Source: Anthoceros angustus (lineage: Eukaryota; Plantae; Anthocerotophyta). From it: a stretch of DNA of 64,000 nucleotides. Positions 57,705 to 64,000 of the stretch are shown in pieces; the first letter of the stretch is position 1; each line of letters opens with the position of its first letter. The stretch is taken from the NCBI GenBank assembly GCA_010909165.1, contig VJWM01000283.1, forward strand, positions 71,081 through 135,080, in the 5' to 3' direction. The notes under the pieces were generated by a model. It did no database searches. It worked only from the letters and a program-made list of their open reading frames with translations, and was not told the DNA's origin. Made by a program: the position numbers and the translations under genes.

Positions 57705-60599
57705 CTGGTGCATTTACGTAAGGATAGGACAACAGTTAAGTGTAAGTGGGTTCTTAAGACTAAGTTTCAAGAGGTTGAGCCCAGGATACGCTATAAGGCT
57801 AGACTAGTATCCAAGGGCTATAGTCAGAAAGAGGGAGTGGAGTATCAAGGCGACAAGGTTTACTCACCTGTGGTCAAGGCTGCTTCCGTAAGGATGCTCC
57901 TTGCAGTGTATGCTGAACTCAACCTGGAGATTTATCAGCTTGATGATTGCACAGCCTTTCTTTATGGTCATCTAAAAGAGGAGATCTATATGGATCAACT
58001 TGAAGACTATGAGGACAAGAAATATTGGCATAGGGTATAAAAATTAAATCGCTCGATTTATGGACTTAAGCAAAGCCCATGCCTGTGGTATGAGAGGATG
58101 GATTCTTATCTCAAGATAATAGGATTTGTTCAAAGTGAAGCAGATACTAACATCTATGTACTTCAAAAGGACAGTTCACTTGTCCTTATTGCCCTATATG
58201 TAGATGATCTAGTCATTCCAGGAAATGACTTTAAATTAGTAAACAAGATCAAGGCAGACCTAAGCAAAGAGTTTGAAATGAAAGACCTTGGCAAAGTGAA
58301 GTATATTCTTGGAATGCATGTACATGGGGATAGTACAGGGGCTATTTATCTCCATCAAGGTAGATATGTAGCTGGTATGTTGAAGCGCTTTAAGTTGGAC
58401 AATGCACGTGCGGCTACCACTCCTAGAACCGTAGGTGTTAAGCTCTCCTCCGCCTCTTATCCTCAGGCGGCTGAGGGTAAGAGGGAGATGGAGACTATAC
58501 CTTATCACATGGGAGTCGGAACTCTCATGTTCTTGAGCAATCAAATCAGACCTGATATCTCAAGCACCGTCAATGTTGTTGCTCAATTCTCAGAGAATCC
58601 AGGAAAGGATCACTGGGTTGCTCTTAAATGCATCATGCGGTACCTCAAGGGTACACCAAACTTTGGTCTCTGCTACAAACCAAGCGGGAAGAGATAGCTT
58701 CTGCTAACATGCTATGTTGATGCAGACTGGTGTCCGACGCAGAAACCCGTAAAAGTATTTCAGCATATTGCTTCCTAGTAGGCTCGACAGTTGTGAATTG
58801 GTCTTGCCGAAAGCAAGCAGCCATCTCATTGTCATCAAGAGAGTCTGAGTATAAGGCACTCACAGAAGCCACAAAGGAGGCTGAGTGGGAAAGGAAGCTA
58901 TGTGAGGACTTGGGTAGCCAGCAGACGGGCCAACAATATGCCAGCGTGATAACATGTTAGCAATTTTATACGGTTGCCAACCACATATTTCATGCTCATG
59001 ATATAGAGATTCAGAATCATTATATTCGTGATCCTGCAGAGAGGGGTGTAGTTAAGATCAAGTACGTGTCTACTAACCAGAATACAGCAGATGTGCTGAC
59101 TAGGTCCTTGCCTAAGTTTAAACATTGCTTTCATAGAGATGGGCTTGGACTAGTAGATTGTAGTAGCTTCAAACACCATAATGTTCTTTCCGTCGGAATA
59201 AACAGGAAGCGGCGTTTTCCCACTTTATACAAATAACCGGCGGCAACATGGGCACTCAAACCCTTCTTGGACTATTTGTTTGAAAGTAAGAGGAAAAAAG
59301 GGTGCACATGTTCTTGAACATGAGTTCATGACATGGGGTGGCCAAACAAAGGTTGTTGGAAGGCGAATGCAATTTTGCACATAAAACATGCCCATATTTA
59401 AGTCCATGTAGGTTGAGAGACTGCTATGCTTTGTAATATGCAACTTTTACGCATGGTGAGTGGTTTGGGAAATATATGGATATGCATGAAGTGTTGAGCA
59501 CACGGGCTTCAGTTTTAGCGTGGATGAGGTGTACGGCCTTGGTTGTATTCTACGCCAATGCAACATCAAGGGCGGTTTTTCCAATTTTATTGTGGCTGGT
59601 GGTATACAAGGCACATGGTAGGCATGCCGGCCACTCCCGCCGTGTACATAGATGAACTTCTATCCATTCCCATCTCGCAGTTAGCGCGATAAGAAGCAAC
59701 AAGCGCATTTTTCAGTTCATGGGCATATTAATTAACCTCATGCATTGGGACAATACAAAGAGCGGATGTGGGTGACACTTTTTGTGTCCGTGTCTCGGTT
59801 TGAATTGATAACATCGTATTAATGAGCGGCAAGAATAAAGTAGTGTTGACCTAATAGGGTGAGTCCCATAGAGAACTATATAATTGTGAACATCTACTAC
59901 TCAACATGCTATATTTTGCAAGGGCATGTTCTCGGTGATTTGGCCCTTTCAAACATCTGCGACAATTTCACTCCTCGCGACTCAATTCCTTCATCCAATA
60001 TAGGACCTCCGTCATGACTTCACAGTGCTATCGTCCTCTCACAGTTGCGGAAAGGCGGGTTTTTTTTCGCGAATGGCCTTCTTATCAGCATACAAGTGTT
60101 TCCTTCCATTCAAGTTGAATCCATAATAGAGGATTATAGTCTTGTCAACAAACAACCATTGGATGTTCTTTGGTAATCCTCTTTTTCCACACCTTCCCAT
60201 GTCCCGTTTATCGTCGGTCCCCGAACAAAAATTCTTCAACATATTTCCTTCAAACGCATCGGTGTGTGCTCGATTACATGTGGACCATAAGCGAAGGCTT
60301 CTCACAATTAAAGTCCACATGTCCACCTTCCCAATCCAAAAGCCTGTATGTCTCACGCACATGGAGTAGCGATGAACATTCCTTTCCGTATCTCCTTGAT
60401 ATCCCCATTCATTTTTCAATTTGTTCTGTTGGCGACCAATATTCGATATGCCCCAAATACATATCGCGTTGGGGTACCTCTCTCGAGTAATGCTTCGAGG
60501 ACAACCTCTTGAGGACTTGGAGGAGGCAAGTTGCCGCCTCCGCTCTATTGTACCATCTCCATGGTTTGTTTTAGCACAAGAGCTATGTTGTTCTCCACA

Positions 60600-62870
60600 A
60601 TATGGCGATTCCTCTTGATCAATCCAAAACAACCTCCACCACACTCTCTCGCCGTATGTATGTCCTCAAGTTCAATAACCCATTCTTCAAGTGCTTCACA
60701 CCTTCGATGACAGACCACCATCTTGCCCTTTTGTCTTTCGCTTTCAAAGCCATAAGCGGAGCTGGACCAACTGCAATGGTGGAGCGAAGTTCAAAATTCT
60801 AAACCATCTTGATTCCCAGTGGTGAAGTGGAATCTTCATGAACAAGAATGGCTACGGTCTTGCCGTTCTTCCGTGTGATTTTGAACGATGTTGGAAGGAA
60901 AGGTTGTTCACTTTCACGCCTTGTATGCATATCCTCTTGCTCCTTTCCGATCGCCATACATATGAGCGAAAGTCCGCTACTTAGTTATAATCTTCACTTA
61001 GGTTTTGGAGTGAATCTGCGTCAAAATGTCCGCCATGTATCTATTGTAAAAGCCTCTTTGTGTCTCGAAGCTTGAGAAACAAGAAAACATTTGATCTACG
61101 ATCATGTGTGTGACCAACGAAGGAAACCAACCTTCACTTTCACAAACACTTGAAGGTCAACGAGCATATTTAGGTATGCACGAATAACAACTGATTTTGT
61201 TCTCCGGCATGTATTGTCAAGCTGGAGATAAAGCACTTTGGAAGCACCCTTCATATGAAAATATGACATCTTGAATTATGTTGATAGTTAGATTCGCGTC
61301 ATTCCGCAAATTGGCATAATGCAAATACGCTCGCCTTGAAAAGTGTAATTATGCACCATACACTACATGAACATTAATAAGTGAACTGTCCGATAAATCT
61401 TTTGGGTATCGAATGAAATGGGGCAGCTCGGTCTTCTTTTGGTCCATGCCGTCGATAGCCAGAAGCATGTACTTGTGAGGTTGAGCATAACTTTTAGAGC
61501 GATGCTTTGCAGCTTTGTCCCTCTCGTTCTGTAGACGCAGTCGATGAGACGCCAATGCCCCTTCATAAACCTCTGCACAGCCGGCAAACTATGCACATGT
61601 CAGAACAAGGAGTATTGCACATCGATCTCCACCACATTTGACCTATTGAAACCTACACGATACCCATGACAACCCATGCGGACCGTGCATAAGGCACATG
61701 GACATGCATTGCGCCGCCATTACTATACATAGGGGTCGGTCATGCATGCCCGCCATGTATTGGCATATCGCATTGTCATGTGCCGCTAAACCGTCATGCA
61801 TGGCCGCGCATGCCATGACATAGGCGCGGTCATGCGGCGCAATAACGTATGGACAAAGCGCATGCCGGCGCCATGTAACAAACTATGGCATCGCAAAGCA
61901 TGCCGGCGCCTCGCACCCGCAGCAGGCATGCGGCTCGCCTCAGCGAGCCGGCATGCGGCCTCTGGCGCCATGTAACCATCTAGCAGCGCCGTCGGCATCT
62001 GGCCCCACCATATCTATGGGCATAGCGCCGGCATGCCTGCCGTAACCGAGCTATGGTTACATAGGCAGCGGCATGCCGCGCCTTTATCCCATCATGCACG
62101 CATGTGCCATTCGCGGCGCCTACGCCACACGGCAAGCATGCCGGCGCCCACATGTTATCAACATTGTGGGCATGGCGCACATAAACCGATTGGATAAACC
62201 GGTCCCTACCATGCGGCAACATGTCAAGCGACGAATTTCCCGGGCTTGATTCGCCTTGTGATTAAAGGAACAAACCTTGATCCGCCTTGCGGATGTGTTG
62301 CGAATAGTGCGCTTGAGGCCCTCGCAGAACAAGTAGAAAACCTGTTTGATTTTGGTATCCGGACCTTGGAAAGTTGTTTCTCCACGGGGTTAAGAAATAC
62401 ATAGGAGACGAACTTCATGGAGGACCGTGCCATATCCGTCGATCGGGCCCATATTTCCAACTTGGAAAATGTATCGGGCATGTGAAAACATCGGCGTTGG
62501 CGCCTTTCCACATGAATTGAAAAGTGGAATCCATCCATGACTCCCTGCATGCGACGAGGGTTCTGAGGATTGATCGTCCATGGAGCATTGCACTCTGCCT
62601 TCAACTCCTCATACCGCTCGGAACCTATGCGATAAACTCTCCATGCTTGCAAACAACACCGAATCGTTCCCATGATATGTGTGATGACCTTCTCCTTAGG
62701 TTTCGCGATGTCCACATCCACTAGTGACCGCAAAAACGCTTCTTGCTCCGCCTCCCCATCCTCGAGATAACGATCGCTGCTCTTGCAAGTTTGCCTTGCG
62801 AGTTTGCACCTGAGCTTGTTTGATGGTTTCCGAAAGTCCATCACTACCTCGCTATCGCTTTTGGACAATG
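60600..62870 (-). mobile_element. DUF7869-type (Sola-like) transposase, copy 2 (divergent family), frameshifted, with intron ~61573-62275
   Basis: CCLQAWRVYRIG, FHMPD, KVRIPKSNRFSTC (62224-62868); LAIDGMDQKKTELPHF (61349-61555); NDANLTINII, LYLQLDNTC, VGHTHD (61090-61300). Confidence 0.8.
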
Positions 62871-64000
62871 GAACCCCACATGCCCGCTTTTTGAATCACC
62901 GAATCCACACATCGTTCGCTACAAATGTTTCACTCAGTGGCTTGGGGTGGAAAGAGCATCTCTCATTACCCATCCTTCCGTGCCGGTTCGGCAATCGGTG
63001 ATTCATCGCGAGGTTGAGCCGTGCTGACCCTGCTTTCATCCGCTGCAAACAAACCTCGGCGGCGCAATGTCGGCGATCGTATTTGTCCTCTTCCTCCATG
63101 CCTCGAACTTCCCGGACTCCGCTTCATAGCTGCATAGAGGTTCACGTTTCTTGGAGTGTGGGGAACACACCGAGGAAGTCTTGGTGATGTTTGCGTGCGC
63201 CTCCTCCAGCCTGTAGAAGTCATCTCACAGATTGATCAGCAAGCCACATGGTTTGTCTACAATTCCAGTTCCTATGAAGTGCGTCGGTGTAGCGGCGAAT
63301 CCGAACCCAATGGTTGGTCGACGCGAATTGGCAACAAAGACACAATGGCCCTGCCAGATGGCTTCTCCGCCTACAAGACAAGAAGTGTGATCATTTGTCC
63401 GACCATCATCGTTGTTCCTCCACGGTTGTCAAGGGGCGAAAATCGACCGGGACGAACTTTTGAGAAGTTGAGCAAGAAAGGCTGAAGTCGATTTCTCCTA
63501 AGTATAAACCCTATAAACCTTCCTCCAATTACTGTAAACGATCTAGGCTCGAAACTGCTAAAATGTGCCCTCGTGAATTTTTTGTTTTTTTGCCGAGTGG
63601 TGTGAAAATAAGTCGACGATTTTAGTTGAGGATATTCATAGTAAAATGTCCTTGGCCTATGGAGTTCTTTTTGTTTTATTGCCTAGGTTAGATAATAAAT
63701 GGTCGGAAACTTGTTCCTTGGCCCATGGACCTCGATATCCACTACAAGGTCTATATATGCGGTAGGGGTGGTTATTTGGGGTTTGTCCCTAAGTTAGGTC
63801 GACCCACGGCCAGAGTGAATGAGGGGTGTGGATCAAGGGCAGGCGGTCGAGAAGACAACCGGTGGGGGAAGCCAAACTTAACCCTAAGGAAACCGTAGGG
63901 TGACCAGAGCTGCTCAAACGCGGAGCGCAATGCCACCGGAGCGAGGAGGAGTGGAGCGCAACGGGCCGGAGCGTGAGGTCGCCGAGGAGCCGCATTCGAG

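Larger units (their letters stand above)
47575..59160 (+). mobile_element. Truncated copia-2 pol, split in three (47575-47901, 52427-52498, 57705-59160) by two insertions; no LTRs seen
   Basis: Rejoined translation: RRYPMRQR...LTLQEAYSWPE|AAKWKFAIDDEYNSFIKNNTWTLV|HLRKDRTTVKCKWVLKTK...YKARLV...YGLKQ...LYVDD...RPDI...YVDADW...ADVLT. Confidence 0.9.

Overview
Eukaryotic, TE-saturated land-plant DNA. The ~30 very short introns of the one host gene suggest a compact genome such as Selaginella (inference). One apparently intact host gene, a UBP12/UBP13 (USP7-type) deubiquitinase (39208-46350, minus), sits among nested, frameshifted transposons. Left to right: unassigned GC-rich repeat DNA; a CACTA TNP2 transposase relic; a DUF7869 (Sola-like) transposase arranged head-to-head with a gene combining a ParB-like GGNH domain and a beta-class N4C/N6A DNA methyltransferase domain. 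That gene is split by a full-length Ty1/copia element (LTRs, TSD GCTAG). The copia is itself interrupted by a gypsy-like element encoding gag-protease-DNMT3-like C5 methyltransferase-[RT/INT deleted]-PHD remnant, which shows a self-priming-like signal, an A-LTR-A end and an antisense 5S-rRNA-type Pol III promoter. Right of the host gene are a second copia split by two 4.5-5.2 kb inserts and a second, divergent DUF7869 transposase. Many indel-rich tandem duplications suggest a noisy long-read consensus, so frameshifts in the TE genes may be partly artefactual. All domain calls are from manual motif recognition, not database searches.
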